From Octopus vulgaris (Eukaryota): 64,000 bases of DNA. The stretch spans positions 28,582,001 to 28,646,000 of the forward strand of contig OX597817.1 in the NCBI GenBank assembly GCA_951406725.2. The letters run 5' to 3'. Every line of letters starts with the position of its first letter. The first letter of the stretch is position 1. The translations under genes were made by a program, and so were the position numbers. Shown piece by piece: positions 50,829 to 64,000 of the stretch. The notes under the pieces were generated by a model that saw only the letters and a program-made list of their open reading frames with translations, ran no database searches and had not been told where the DNA came from.

Positions 50829-53329
50829 TTGGATATAAAATCAAGAGTTAGAGAAAATGGCTATGGAGGCTGGATCAAAGGAAGCCTGATAATCTAGCAA
50901 AAGAAAACAATGATAGTGAGATAGAAAAGTTGTTAGGTCAGCCGGTTTCAGATGCATTGCAAATACTTAGCAGACCAGGGATAAAAAAAGACGAAGATAA
51001 AAAGGTAGAAAGATAAAAATTATAAAAATAAAAAAAGCATTAACATGGTATGGAAATAAGCATTGTAAAGTTAAGTCAGAGGTCAGGAAACTTTTTAGTG
51101 CGGCGGGCAAAAATTTACAAACAAAAAGGTCCATGGGCAGATAACAAGTTCTAATGCTTATATCTGTGTAGATCTTGTATGTATCTATGTATAATTCGAT
51201 AGACATTAATAAAGATAAGTTTAACACATTAAATTAATGTGTAGTATATTCATTAACACCGCCACTGAATTTAGGACATTTATTATTACTTATGAGGTTT
51301 CTATATTTTCCAGCTAGAGTTTAGTTGGGTCTCGAGGTGGGGGGGGGGGTGTTCAAACCTAGCAATGTGTGTTTTATAGTGAAAACAAAATTTCCATTCA
51401 TATGGCAATTACTGGACAATTTTCTGTTTATGTCTAACTGTTTTAAGTCATAGTGGAAATGAAACCTGTGTGGCAAATAGGCATACCAATATTGTATAAA
51501 TTTTATAATTGAAAAATTTACTTTATTTTGTACATACAAGTATATCAGCCTGTGGGTGAAATAAAATGGGCTTGTGGGGACAATTGCACACATGGGTACA
51601 ATTGTACCCCTGAGTTAAGTATAAAGATCCGTTATATAAGAGTGTGAGTATTTTATTATTGGAAGAGATGCTTTGGAGTGTATTTAAGGAGAGACAGTCA
51701 CTGAAAGAGATGGAAGATAGAGAGCCTGTGATGGATAATAGTAGAAATGCTTTGTGGTAAAATAATGTGATAGATATCAATGTGTGGCCTGAAGTGAGAT
51801 GATGGTAAAATGTTGAGTTGCTGTACACAGGGGTAAAAGGATAGTCGAACTGAACACGAAATAGTGCATTGCAATCCCTTGTTATTCAAGTACTATGACT
51901 GGAAACTGAGAGTAATAGTCAAATACAAGTACTAGTTGAGAGGGGGCAATTGAATTTGGATAGATCTGAATTCTATTGATGTACATCACTATTTATTTAA
52001 CATGTTATCAAAATATTTAAAAGAAGACACATTTTCCATAGTTTGAATGGATACTGTTACTTGAGGATCTGCACAAGGCTTTCCTGGGTCAGGCTTATAA
52101 ACAATTGCAGTTTTATAAAGATTTATTGAGAAGTCTAACATGTTACATGCAAATGAAATTATAACTATAAGAATTTTAAAATCTCTTCCATTGTATGTTA
52201 TCAGACAAGAGGTCTCTTCTTAGGAATATTAAAGTGTATGATTTTAATATTAAGCTCTTTGAGGTTGAATAACCTAGCAGTTGTATGTTAGAGAACATAA
52301 ATGTCCTCTGAGCAGTTTTTGAAAGTGATTGAAAAAGCTGTGTGTGATCTGTCATGCATATCACATTTCATGTATTCTTGTATGTGTTACTTTATATGTC
52401 CTGTTCTTAGTTGAAGAGCTGAGGTGTAATTTGAGGGAAATTTAATTGTTATTTTATATCAGGTTATGTAGCAACATTGATCTCCCTTTTTGATGCATAT
52501 TTTATTTAGCTATACTAGTGTGTCATTACACCTGTTCATTATTTTGTCTTTTTTATTGTTGCAATGGTGAAAATCTTTCCATATGAGTTATTTAGTTGAA
52601 GGTCAACCCTGACTGAGATGACCTATGACTATTCCATTTTTTTAAAGGAGAATCTACTCTTTTAGAATGATAGAGTGTGATATGGAAGAAATTTAGTTGT
52701 GGTTTTAGCAAGTCAAGCAATCTTAGAGGCTCCATTGCTGGCCATATCAGTTAATGATAGTTGTCTGTTTGGTTGAGTGCTTTTTGCATTTGCATTGAAA
52801 TTGATCTTTTTTATTTGAAATGATTATTTGGTTAAACAGTATTTTGATATTCTATTATGAATTGTTGGTTGTTCACTATTGGCTCTTATTTAATTCAAGT
52901 AATAAATGTTAGAAGTTTAAGAATGTGAAGAACATTTTGTATTTTGTTGCAAATGTTATGCATTAATTGTATAGTTTGCAGGTAGCATAATGCATAGATA
53001 GATCTTTCACTTCATTGATTGTTGCCTTACATGAATTGTAGTTGTGGCTAAAAGCTACCCAGTTGGTAGGTGTGAGAATAATATTTTCTAAGCTTTGTTG
53101 GCATGTTTCTTTGTCATTACTGCTGTAGCACAACTATATATAAACTATTTGGGTGATTTAGGGTTGAGAGTAGTGTTTATTTTTTTAAGAACAAATGAAA
53201 GATGATGGCTTTGGTCACCTACTCAGCTATTTCAGAATTGTCAAGAATAAAGCCTAATTGCTACCAGTTATAGCTATAATAAGGCTTATGAATTCCCAGC
53301 TACTTAGCTGATTTGTTGTACCATAAGAT

Positions 53330-53930
53330 TTGGGAAGTGTATGGATGTGCTATGAAGTTCATATCATAACAACAAATAGGTAGTGGTTGGACAAAATGAT
53401 ACCTGCAGAGACAGTGAGGGTTTGGTAGATACTTGGTTTGGAGATGCAAAATAGATCAAGGATCTTTGGAGAGTATGTCAGTCATAAATACTTGTAGAAG
53501 ATGATGCTAATTGCAATTGAGAGTAAAAGGTTGCAAAAAGTTCAGCTTCTGCACCAGCAGCATCAGTGGAGGAAAAATGAGAGAGTTAAAGAAGGTCCAT
53601 AAACATTGAAGTCACCATGGATGATGATTTCAGAGGGAGGTGAATTGAGTTAAATGTCCTTGATGCAGGATGAGATATGGTTGATGAGTTATTTGTGATT
53701 GAAGGAGTTCAAAAAGTGGTAAAATCAGTTATATTTAGAGGAATGTGAAATAAAGGCTTTGGTTGAGAATAACTGAAGTTCTTTGTAGGTGAAAGTAGTG
53801 GTGACAATCGATTTTTTTTACATGTGCAGTCAAACCCTTTTAAAGTGAAAGTTGTATTGAGAGTATATAGCATGGTCCACAGTAATGAGCTTTATAGGGT
53901 GAGAAATGTCTTTGTGTGACCACCTGAAAG
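53330..53930 (-). mobile_element. Old LINE relic, APE endonuclease region
   Basis: Minus strand 53602-53628 reads IIIHGDFNV (APE GDFN motif). Boundaries approximate. Confidence 0.55.
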
Positions 53931-56039
53931 TGGATCTTATATTTTCTAATTATTATTCTGTATGAAATACCCTCAAAATAGTACTTGACATAAACTACTT
54001 GCATAAAGAAGAATATTGCTATCGTTGCATTACACTACAGTTTTTTTCTAACAAATTTGATTTAAAATATTGCATTCTAATTTTTTTTAGTAAGTGTAGA
54101 CTAAAAATGTTTTAGGACTTTTCTGGCAACTCATTAAATCTATCTTTGCAGACTAATTCGTTGAATTGGAAGAGTCTCAGGATGTGTCTATGAACAAATT
54201 CCTTCTCATGACAATGACATAACCATAATTGTTTTTACATCATTTCTATCTTACAAAGAAGCCATGCCAATCTAAAAGCAAAAAAAAAAGAGAAAAAAAT
54301 ACACTAAAATGTTTGGTACTAATTTCCAGTTAGTATGATAAAAGAAAGTTATGTAAAGTTAACTCATAATCATTGGATAAGTATTCTAAGTTACTTCAAC
54401 AGAAAAGGACAGTACTTTTTATGCATATGTGTGCAAAACGTAGTATATATAAAATTGTCATGAATCTACAACAGTTTATATAAGGATTATGTAAAGTAGA
54501 TATTCACATGGTGATTTCCTTACTTATCACATTTAAGTTCTTATCTATATTTATGATCTTAATTTCACAGTACAAAGTCATTTCTATACTGCTCATAAAG
54601 TAATAATGTGCACATATATGTTTTAGATGTAGTTCTGAAAATGTGACAATAATTTTCTTCTAACATAAAAACTATTAGTTGACTTTCATAAAGGATGCTA
54701 CTTTGATTACAATAATTCTCTGCAGATTTGAATTGATACTAAAGAAATGTGCATACATACACTGACACCAAACTCACACAACATAAACCTTCATGCGCGA
54801 AATGTCACCACTGAACATTTAATGTTCTTATGTTTCAGACAGCAACTCCTGGGAATCTTTACAATTTTAGCAGCCAGTATTATTGAATAAATGAAGACAG
54901 TAAAACTACCATAGCATTTTCAGTTTTATAACTATTTCTTTGGCATGAATTTCTTTTCAATGAAGCTTGGGGTTCATTTTCAGCTTGGAATTGTTTTGAT
55001 CAGTTTAATAATAATAGTGATTTCTTCTTTAGAAACACGGCCAGTTTTGGAAATAGATAGTCAAAATAATTGACTTAGTATGTTAGTGGTACTTTTCGTT
55101 TTGTTCTGAAAGAACAAGAATACAGAAATACTGAAAATACAGAAGCCAGACACCAAATGAACAGTGAAGGCATTTAACCGAGAATACTAATACTTTTGTA
55201 AATTGTATCTTCATTAGCTTATTAATGATGATTTATAATAATAATTATTTCTAACATTGATATCGGGCCAGGAGAGGGTATAATTGATTAAATTTGTCTC
55301 TGTTCTTGATGAATAATTGCTTGATAAAGTTATATGTGTTGTGGCAGAGAGTCACTGCTGTATTTACAAAAGGTAAAACCATTTTAATTAGCAAATCTCC
55401 CTAAACCTCAGTATGTCTGATTATTTATAAAGGTATTTTCTTTCATACAAATCAACAAATTGTGAAACATATCAGGTATACCCCCATTCCTTTAATGCAG
55501 CTTTCCATCCTTTATATGAAACTAGTAGACAAGGATTCTTTCACTGACTAAGCAAGCTGATAGGCAAAACTGAATGTCATAGCCAACTTGATCTTTGCAA
55601 TAATTTTGGCTTTGCTCTAAGTGGTCAGTCATATTCTCAGTAAATGTTCAGTTCTCATATATATATATATATATATATACTTCTTTCTGTCTGCCTACCT
55701 GCTTGTCTATCTGGCCATCCATCCAACCATCTGTCTGTCCATCCAGTTGTGTGTGTATGCGTGTGTGTATACATATTGAAAAAAGTGATGAGTAACCTTA
55801 AACAATTCTCAGATCTTACTGGATTCTAATCAGTGCCATCTACATCAATTTTACCAATCCCTGAGAAAGAAGTAATCAGTTTCTTTATATACTCAATAAT
55901 TACAATAGCTACAGAAATCTGGGCCTATGTATGTACATCGCCCCACCAAAAAAAAAAAAAGAAAAGACTAGAGATTTGGTTCTAAAATTATTTACCACAT
56001 TCTCATGTTTCAATTTTTGCTTTTGTTTGGTGTCACAAG

Positions 56040-56432
56040 GACTCTAAATACTGATTGTATGCCATGCAGTTTAATCACACCTTACTATTGGTATCACATC
56101 TGCTCTCTTCATTTACCACAATCTTCGTATTTCCCACTTTAAATCATCAGTTGTTTATTTTTTCTTCTTCTTTCATATTGAGCCTGTTGTCACCAGGGTA
56201 TACTATGTCAATTTTCATACATGTTATTTCTTTTTTATTCACCACAACAATATCTGGTGTCTGACGTCTGGTCTGGTGATCGCACAGGATCATTGCATCC
56301 CACAGGATTTTGCAATTCTCATTTTCAGTGACTCCTTCTGGAGTTTGCTCATACTGCATCTTTGCTCTTTGTAGGTCGTGATTTCCACAGAGCTCCTAAT
56401 GGATCATTCTTGCCACATTGTCATAGCATCTT
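56040..56432 (-). mobile_element. Dong/R4-like non-LTR retrotransposon, restriction-like endonuclease C-terminus (pseudogene)
   Basis: YDNVARMIH*ELC...YEQTPEGVTENENCKILWDAMILCDHQTRRQTPDIVVVNKKEITCMKIDIVYPGD...KEEEKI matches the RHD...W...PD...D...K REL signature. Confidence 0.85.
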
Positions 56433-58760
56433 TTGTATTATTTTGTATTATCATCATCATCATCATTATTATTACTTATAAATACATATCTTTTGAATAA
56501 AATTTACTTATTCTCAGATGTTCTGTTTCATAGATACTTCTGATAAATCTGTCAATAAAATAGCCAAAATGAGAAAAGACGTATTTGAAATAGAAAAGCC
56601 TAAGAAAGTTATACAATTTATGGAGATGATTCACTCTAAATCTAATCAAAGCTTTTATTAATGAGCTCGCAACAAACACATCTAAATGCCATTTGACTTG
56701 TTTATTCACCTGAAGAAAACCTGAGTAGATTCCAGTGAAAAGAATCAAATAGGTTTGGTATGCATGCTAGAGTTGTTATTTTTAAAGATGCAGAATATAA
56801 TGTGGATGAAGTTAACAAAGATATTACCGACATGAGCAAACTTCCAATTTTGTGGGTTTTTTTTTTATTATGCATGCTTTGGTAGTTCTTTTTTAGGGGT
56901 CTCTTGGGCTTTTTTCCAACAACTTCACTGACCACAATCATCCCTTAGGTAATTTTTGCTTTGGCATGGTTCAAAACTGCAAACCACTTAATTACCTATT
57001 AATTGTACTGCTCTTTTGGTGACCTGCCATCTGTCCACTTGCCCTGGTTATTTAATTTCTGGCTAATTATATTGACTAGAGTAGAGTTAAGTATCTCCCT
57101 TTGGGGTAAGTTGCAGTATATGCTAATAATGAGATAAAAATTTTCTCATCAAATTTCAAGTTTATATATTCTGCAATTATGAATTCAAGTCAAAAATCTG
57201 TAAATGTTTTAAGCTTTAATTATTTAATGAAGATTACAAACTGATCAGCATCTTATAAATTTAGTAAGAATTTAAATCAATGATAAAAGAAATTAGTGGA
57301 ATATACATTTACATATATGTTCAACTTACAGAATTAAGTGACTCAGATGATATTGAACTGTTTTCATAGTTTTTGTTTTTCTTTTTGATAAATATTATCA
57401 AACTTTTTATTTAGATTATATCTTTATAATGATTGTGATGTGAAATATTTTCTTATTTCATAACTTTCTTGAAACACATATTTATTTAGTTATCTTAATC
57501 TTTGGTCTTGAAAATGTTTCCCTTACTTCGATATTTAACTGCAAAGATATTATAAAATAACTACTTTTAATGTAATTTCTAGAAAATAATAGAAATAAAT
57601 ATTGGTAACAAAAACAGATCTCTTATTTATTTGGTTATTTGCCATGAAGAATAATCAAGTTCTCAAATATACACTTATTGCTAGGTGTTGCATTCAATAG
57701 CCAGCTTGATCTAACTTCACTCTTTTACACTATTTCTTTTATACACCAGCTGAACTTTAGAGGTCATGTGCAGATAGTTGCCAAAAATAAAAGATATGAA
57801 TGTGTTACAGAAACAATGAAACTATTTTTAAAGAAGTGCTTTGGACTGTAATATCCTGCTTCTGGCTGTCATATTGCCCACTACCAGCAAAATCCAAGAG
57901 TTTAAATTAAATGTAAGGTCACTGAGTGTTAGCTATTTTGCCAGTATTGCCCTTTTCTTTCCAAAACTGTCTTGGCAGAAATATGTGGCTTCCAGTTGAG
58001 CAGTCTTAACTCATTGTAGCAAACACAAGACAGCATGACAAAAAATGCCAAGAAAATTTCCTTCTATTCTTGAGAATTCAGAATGTTTTTGAATTCATGG
58101 TCAGTTATTTATTTTTTTTTTAATGTATTAATCAGAGGAAAAATGATAGCACCTATGACTAGTTGAAAGAGGGGCAGAAGTTATTCTCAAACCAGATACT
58201 TGGCATGAAAATGCTAACAATAGAGTGGACTTAACTAAAAACACCCAGTGACCAAGTGGTGGAATTAATCAAGGTAACACTGTGTCTACCATCTTCAAAC
58301 AGCTGTAAGGAATAATCAGTAATATTAATTTTTTTTTAAGTTCATGCTTGTGAATATATTTGTGAAGTGGAGTAACTGTCATGCGATTCTATAGTTGACT
58401 CGGAGTCACATACTACACCTGACTTTGGCTTTTTAACTTAGCCAGGTGTCTATGGTTATTTTCGGCTTAATTCACAAGTAGCTGTAGATTATTGTAGTTT
58501 TATTTGATTTGTGAATTATATTAAACTAAGAATTCCACTGTTTTCAGTAAAATGGCTTATGGGAATCTAACTTCTCCATGGCAAGAATACTTTACATTGA
58601 TTGAAAATGGCAAAACACTGAAATAGATGTGTAAGTATCCAATGTAAAGAAACAAAATTAATACATCCTCTTTGGTCTTTGATTTTAGATTAAATGGGAA
58701 ATGATGCTTTCTAATAAATATTTATTTCTTAATACACTACTACATAGTGTCAACTAGGTT

Positions 58761-59146
58761 CTTTGGACGTTATCAAAGAAGCTTGAGAGGCGGTTGGATG
58801 GAACCTACACTCGCCTCCTTATGAGAGCTCAAAATCTCTCGTGGAAGCGCCATCCAACCAAAATGCAAATATATGGGAAACTACCACCAGTGTAATCTCT
58901 TGTGAAAGGTAGGAGAGTCCAGTTTGCTGGACATTGTTGTAGAGCTGAAAAAGAAGTAATTTCTACTCTTCTCCTCTAGAAGCCATCTACTTGCAATACC
59001 AGAGGGCGCACACTCTCCTACCCTGATGTAATCTCCAGGGATACAGGCATCCAGCAACAGGACCTCTGTAATGCCATGATGGACCGTGAAGTCTGGTGTA
59101 GCATGGTAAATTCCATTGTCTCGACCACGGTCGAACAATGATGAAT
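58761..59146 (+). mobile_element. RTE/RTEX-like LINE 3' end
   Basis: WTLSKKLERRLDGTYTRLLMRAQNLSWKRHPT...RRVQFAGHCCRAEKE..., with two premature stops. Same family as 32050. Confidence 0.88.
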
Positions 59147-59149
59147 GAT

Positions 59150-60085
59150 AACTTGATCTCTGACACAATTTCACCATGTCCACTACCAAATCTGTGTCTG
59201 CAGTGAAATTTCTGCATGAGTGCTTTTACAAGGCACCACATGGGTGCTTTTATGCAGTACCGCATTGGTGATTTTAGGCAGCATCACTCAGGCACCCTTA
59301 CATGGTGCTACCACATGGTACCAGCCAAGGAATCTTGCAAGTCAATCCTCACCACTGGGGGACTGACCTTAATACTTCTGCTGCAGAGTACAAGTCTTCT
59401 TGAGTACAGCAAGGTGCCAGGCATCTTGGTCTGTTGTCATCACACTGGAAAAGTTCAGCATTCTGAGGTTTTTTTCTTCAGCACTCTGTATCATGTCTTC
59501 TTGGGTCTCTCACTTCCACATGTTCTATCTACTTTGAGAGATCAGCACTTCTTTATGGAGCTGTCAGCATCCATATGCATCACATAACCAAACCAGCACA
59601 GTCTTCTCCCTTGCACCCAGCAACTAATTCCTCTTATGCCTAACTTCTCTTTCAAAGCACTAGCACTCGATTGAACATGTACACTTACATTACACATCCA
59701 GCAGAACATACTACCCTCATTTAACTTCACACATCCTCTGCATTCAGGGCCCATGTCTCACTATCATGTAGAATTGCTGTCCATATATTTGCATCATACA
59801 ATCTTCCTTTTACTTGGAGAGAGAAACCTTTCATAGCCAACAGAGGTAACAGCTCTCTGAATTTCCGCCATCCTGTACTTATTCTAGCTATCATACTCTC
59901 TGTGCATCCTCTCTGACTACTAATTTGGTCCCCTAGGTAGCAGAAATTATCTACTACCTCAAATGAGCCACCAGGGTGCTTGAGAGTATCAGTTTCCTGA
60001 TTCTCTATAGCTTTTATAGATCCCGTGCATCTTCCACATACGAACACTACCTTTTCTGGTAATCTTTCTATTAATCCACTGAATC
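59150..60085 (-). mobile_element. RTE LINE 3' ORF portion plus partial UTR
   Basis: FVCGRC...EVVDNFCYLGDQIS...ARISTGWRKFRELLPLL...KGRLYDA...LHDSETWAL, then RRLCWFGYVMHMD. Confidence 0.9.
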
Positions 60086-60199
60086 TATTTATCTACCTGC
60101 CTGCCTGTCTTTTCTCTCTCTATATATATATATATATATGATGATGATGATATATCACCATCATCATCATCATTTAATGTCCATTTTCCATGCTGGCAG

Positions 60200-60570
60200 G
60201 GCACTTGCAAGCCAATCATCTTCACCAGGGGGCGTGGCCTTATCACTTCTCCTGCAGATATTCTTGGGTGCCTTACTTTACTCAAAAAGACCCGTACCAC
60301 ACAACTGGAGGAGATGATTGACCGGCAAGAGTCCTGTACTGGTGCCATGTAAAAAGCGCTCATGCCAGTGTCATGTAAAAGTACTCATGCACTGCCATGT
60401 AAAAGCACCCAGCACTCACTGTAAGGTGGTTGGTATTTAGGAAGGCCATCCAGCCATAGAAACCAGACTAAATTAGACTGGAGCCTGGTGCAGCTCTCTA
60501 CCTTGCTAGCTCTGGTCAAACTGCCAACCCATGCCTATATGGACAACAGTCATTAAATGACGATGATTAT
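60200..60570 (+). mobile_element. RTE LINE 3' end variant
   Basis: aaaaagacccg (KKTR), then repeated atgtaaaag motifs, ggaaggccatccagcc and a tgacgatgat tail. Confidence 0.65.
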
Positions 60571-61809
60571 AATGGTATATGTATTCATTCTCTATATTTT
60601 TCTATATTGTGTTATATTAGCTACATTTTCATTGGGCTCATCACACTTGATATTCTGGATCCATTTCCAATGCATTATGTTGATTGTTTATATCATTAAT
60701 AATTATTCCTAAAAGATCTTTCGGACTGAATCATAAATACAAGATTTGATATTATTAATGGTTCTTCATAGTTGATATTAGTTATAGTGTTCCTTAGTGT
60801 ATTAGAACATTAGTAAATTACCTCTGTAAAGGTTGATTAAAGATCTATTTAGTATCATACTTTGAGATGAAACAGTGAAATATGGAGTTATAATCCATAA
60901 AGTAAATATGATTTTATTTTCTTTATTATGTTTCAACTTTTAATGCTTAATGAATTTAATTCTTAAATTCTTATATTCTTATAAAAGCATTACGGAAATG
61001 AATCTGAATTTTTTCATGACTAACAGATATAAAATGATTTTATATCTGTGTGTGTAGCCATGCATATTTATACAACATGCATGTATGCTCATGAATGTAC
61101 ATATTTGTGCAGGTGCCCGTATGTGTACATTTGTGTAACCTATACACATGATTATACTATGTGTACATATAAATGATAATAACTAGGGAAATATCTGTTT
61201 TGTGTTGCTGAATAGGTGTGTATACATTGCATGGATGAATGTTTACTTGTATTTAAATATGTTTATGTAAGGGCATGTGTGTGTGTATGTAAGAGATAGG
61301 TGGTTATGTGAGTCTATATAACATTTCTTTGTAGTTTCCTTTCCCCTCCTCATTACATTTGTCATATTTGCTGGGTTTTCTGTTATGATCTCCTTGCTCT
61401 GACCATTGGCCACCTCCACTAACACCTGTTAACTCGCCATCCACCTTTCATCCTACTGCTCTCTTTCTCTCTCTCTCTCTCTCTCACTCATTTGAATTCA
61501 TTTATTTTAACGCCACCTTCTCTCTCCAGTAAAGGGTTGCTCCTGAAATGTTTGACTTCTTTCCTACATAGCTTTTTGCCAGTGCAGAGCAGCATTTGCT
61601 TCCTCTGATTCTATTACTTTACTTCATATGATAGATTCAGCAAAAAGCAAATATCTATTTTTTACTGCAACTCTTGGATTCTATATAGTTTACAAATTTC
61701 TTATGCTATAATAAAATTTGCTCAATATGATGTATCATAAGCATTTAATAAGGTAAAAATGAATAAATCTTCATAATCATTTGTCCATTACATGCATAGT
61801 TGAATAAAG

Positions 61810-62131
61810 TAGGTGTTCCCAACCTAGGGAAACTACATTTGTAAGGGCTGTATGTTGGTATATCAGAGAGTGTAACAGAGAGAGATGGTACATGTTTTAT
61901 TAAAATTACTTTGCAGAATAAATTTATTTTTAAAATAATTTTATTTTTTGAGCACATCAAGAACTTTATTTTTCCATAGCAGTACATGTAGTTCAATTAT
62001 ATAAAAAAAAAAGTTATTAGAAAATTGATTTTTTTCAACTTCAAATATGATTTTAATTTTGTGGGAGGTGTGAAAATTAATCAAACATTTTCTTGAGGTG
62101 CAAGTGCATAGAAAAAGGTTGGAAACCATTG
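61810..62131. mobile_element. Degenerate hAT-type MITE
   Basis: taggtgttcccaacct ... aggttggaaaccattg imperfect TIRs. Confidence 0.5.
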
Positions 62132-63024
62132 GAAAAAAGTAAAACTGTGTTCTTGAATTTACGTTTTGATGTTAATATAGTTTTAGATATTGGGGATTTT
62201 AATTTTACCTTGGAGTCTGCAACAAACAATAATTACTAGTGCTTTCTGGTTACAAAATCTGATACAACCAGAATAAATTAGTCAAATCATGTATCTCCAA
62301 TAACCAAGATTTCAAATCGACACCTAAAGGCCTCTTCAAGTGGTTTTAAATTGTTGCCTTGGATTGATAATCTTGTATTCGTTCAATGCACCTAGTAATA
62401 TTCAAGGAAGAAAATAATGAAAATAAAAGCTAATTACAATTGGAAGAAAATGTTATTTGTTAACGTGGAGTGGTCACCTGTTATCAGTAAGCAAGAGTTT
62501 CAAACTAAGAAAACAGATTTCTTCTAACCATATCAATTATTTTTGATTTCTCGAAAAGTTCTGGTCAGACTAAGCTTTTAATTTCAACAGAGTGCAAACA
62601 GAGAAACATGTTTTCCATAAAAATGAGGAGTGAGGACAAAGCATGTTATTTGTCCTGAATACAGTTGCATAGCGAAAAGAATAACATTCAAATACAAAGC
62701 TTGACAAATGGGGAGAGAGAAACAAATATTCAATTTAAATTTGAACAAATTCAAGATTGTTCATGTTTGTGATTTGTCGTTTTTATTGGTGAAATTTGGG
62801 TTCTGTGACAATTGTATTGATTTCTAGGCTTTTAAGAAACCTCATGTTAGCAGCTTGTTTTGTCTTATTTTGAAACAGATCAATACAACTTTGAATATTG
62901 ATATTTTTACAAGCAACATATGAGGTAACTGTAATTGAGTATAGTAATAAATTATTTTGCTCAGTTTTAAAATACAATGCATAATACAACTTTATGCTAT
63001 TTTACTTATAATATGAAATGCTAG

Positions 63025-63071
<47 letters not shown>

Positions 63072-63072
<1 letters not shown>

Positions 63073-63355
63073 TAAAGAACCCCTTTCGTCACGAATGTCC
63101 ATGGGATTGCACCTAGAAAGTTTCCCTCCAAGGCACATGTCAAGGTTGTTTGTGGAATACCAGCAGTCACACTGATGTTGGCCAAAGGCCAATGCAGCTC
63201 ATGATCATTAATGTTGCAACTCATTTCTACCACTTAGCAGACTGGAGCAATGTGACATGAAGTGTCTTGCTCAAGAATGCAATACACAACCTGGTCCAGG
63301 AGCTGAACTCAGAACCTCATGATTGTAAGCCCAACTCTCTAGCCACTAATTCATG
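63072..63355 (-). mobile_element. SINE-like element
   Basis: actggagcaatgtgacatgaagtgtcttgctcaagaa...gaactcagaacctcatgattg...tctagccact reads as a reverse-complement tRNA-like head plus core. Confidence 0.6.
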
Positions 63356-63769
63356 TACCTTCAAATACACACACACACCTTCCCCAACTTATTATCCCCC
63401 ACTCCTTGTATTCATCACTCCCTGCATCTGCTCTAGAACCCTAACCACTCTTTACAGGTGTTGCTTACCTCCTCACCCCATTTCCTCATTCTCTTGCCCC
63501 ACCATCACAACACCATACATTCTTGCAACCCTTCTCACACTCTTAGTTTCTCTGGCCCCTGAAATGCTATCTGGGCACCTCAACACTACTACTATTTATC
63601 TCTTTGCAGCTACTTCTGACTCATTCTCACTCTTTCTTCTGAATGTGAGTAGTCATGTAGCTCCTTTACAGCAAGAACTTGCTCTGTTTCATTGCCTTCT
63701 CTTATATTTGAACCCTCATTTCCCAGCATAAAATCACTTTCTTCTTCATATTTTTGTAACCTGCATCGT

Positions 63770-63965
63770 GATCTCACTAGTGCTGGTGGCATGAGAAAAG
63801 CACTCAGTACACACTGTAAAGGGGTTGTTATCAGAAAGGGTATCTAGCTGTTAAAACCACGCCAAAGTAGACACAAGACCACTATAAATTCCTCAGACTC
63901 TTTGAATTCTCTCAAACCATCCAACACATGCCAACATGGAACACGAATATCAAATGATGATGATA
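63770..63965 (+). mobile_element. Degenerate RTE 3' tail
   Basis: tgctggtggcatgagaaaagcactc...agaaagggtatctagctg...atgatgatgat. Confidence 0.65.
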
Positions 63966-64000
63966 TACGTATGCATGCAGGTTTGTCTAACTGTCTGATT

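Noticed and set aside
61520-61558. Possible fourth hammerhead (ccagtaaagggttgctcctgaaatgtt)
   Set aside because: Core too degenerate (no CUGANGA) to support.

Overview
AT-rich eukaryotic (animal) non-coding DNA. The repeat landscape looks like an Octopus genome: (TA)n/(CA)n/(ATG)n microsatellites, tRNA-headed SINEs, RTE LINE 3' ends, Penelope-like fragments in (TA)n, Helitron, mariner, hAT and piggyBac-type MITEs. That assignment is my recognition, not a database result. I can support no host protein-coding gene. Nearly all listed ORFs are microsatellite or low-complexity artefacts, or transposon relics (RTE, an older APE/RT LINE, a Dong/R4-like REL element, mariner). A visible T>A/G>C skew in unique stretches and mostly antisense LINE relics suggest a very long intron of a + strand gene. 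The most interesting signals are: (1) a clean poly-Y-CAG|GTAAGT recursive-splice-site motif at 1960/1961, plus weaker ones; (2) three minimal hammerhead-ribozyme motifs (24096, 30921, 47604), two inside recognisable Penelope-like fragments; (3) four long fold-back inverted repeats that could be dsRNA substrates for ADAR or small-RNA processing; (4) a C/D-box-like unit about 100 nt upstream of a strong acceptor; (5) a young, GC-rich RTE insertion with an intact reading frame and a target-site duplication. Boundaries of old repeats are approximate.
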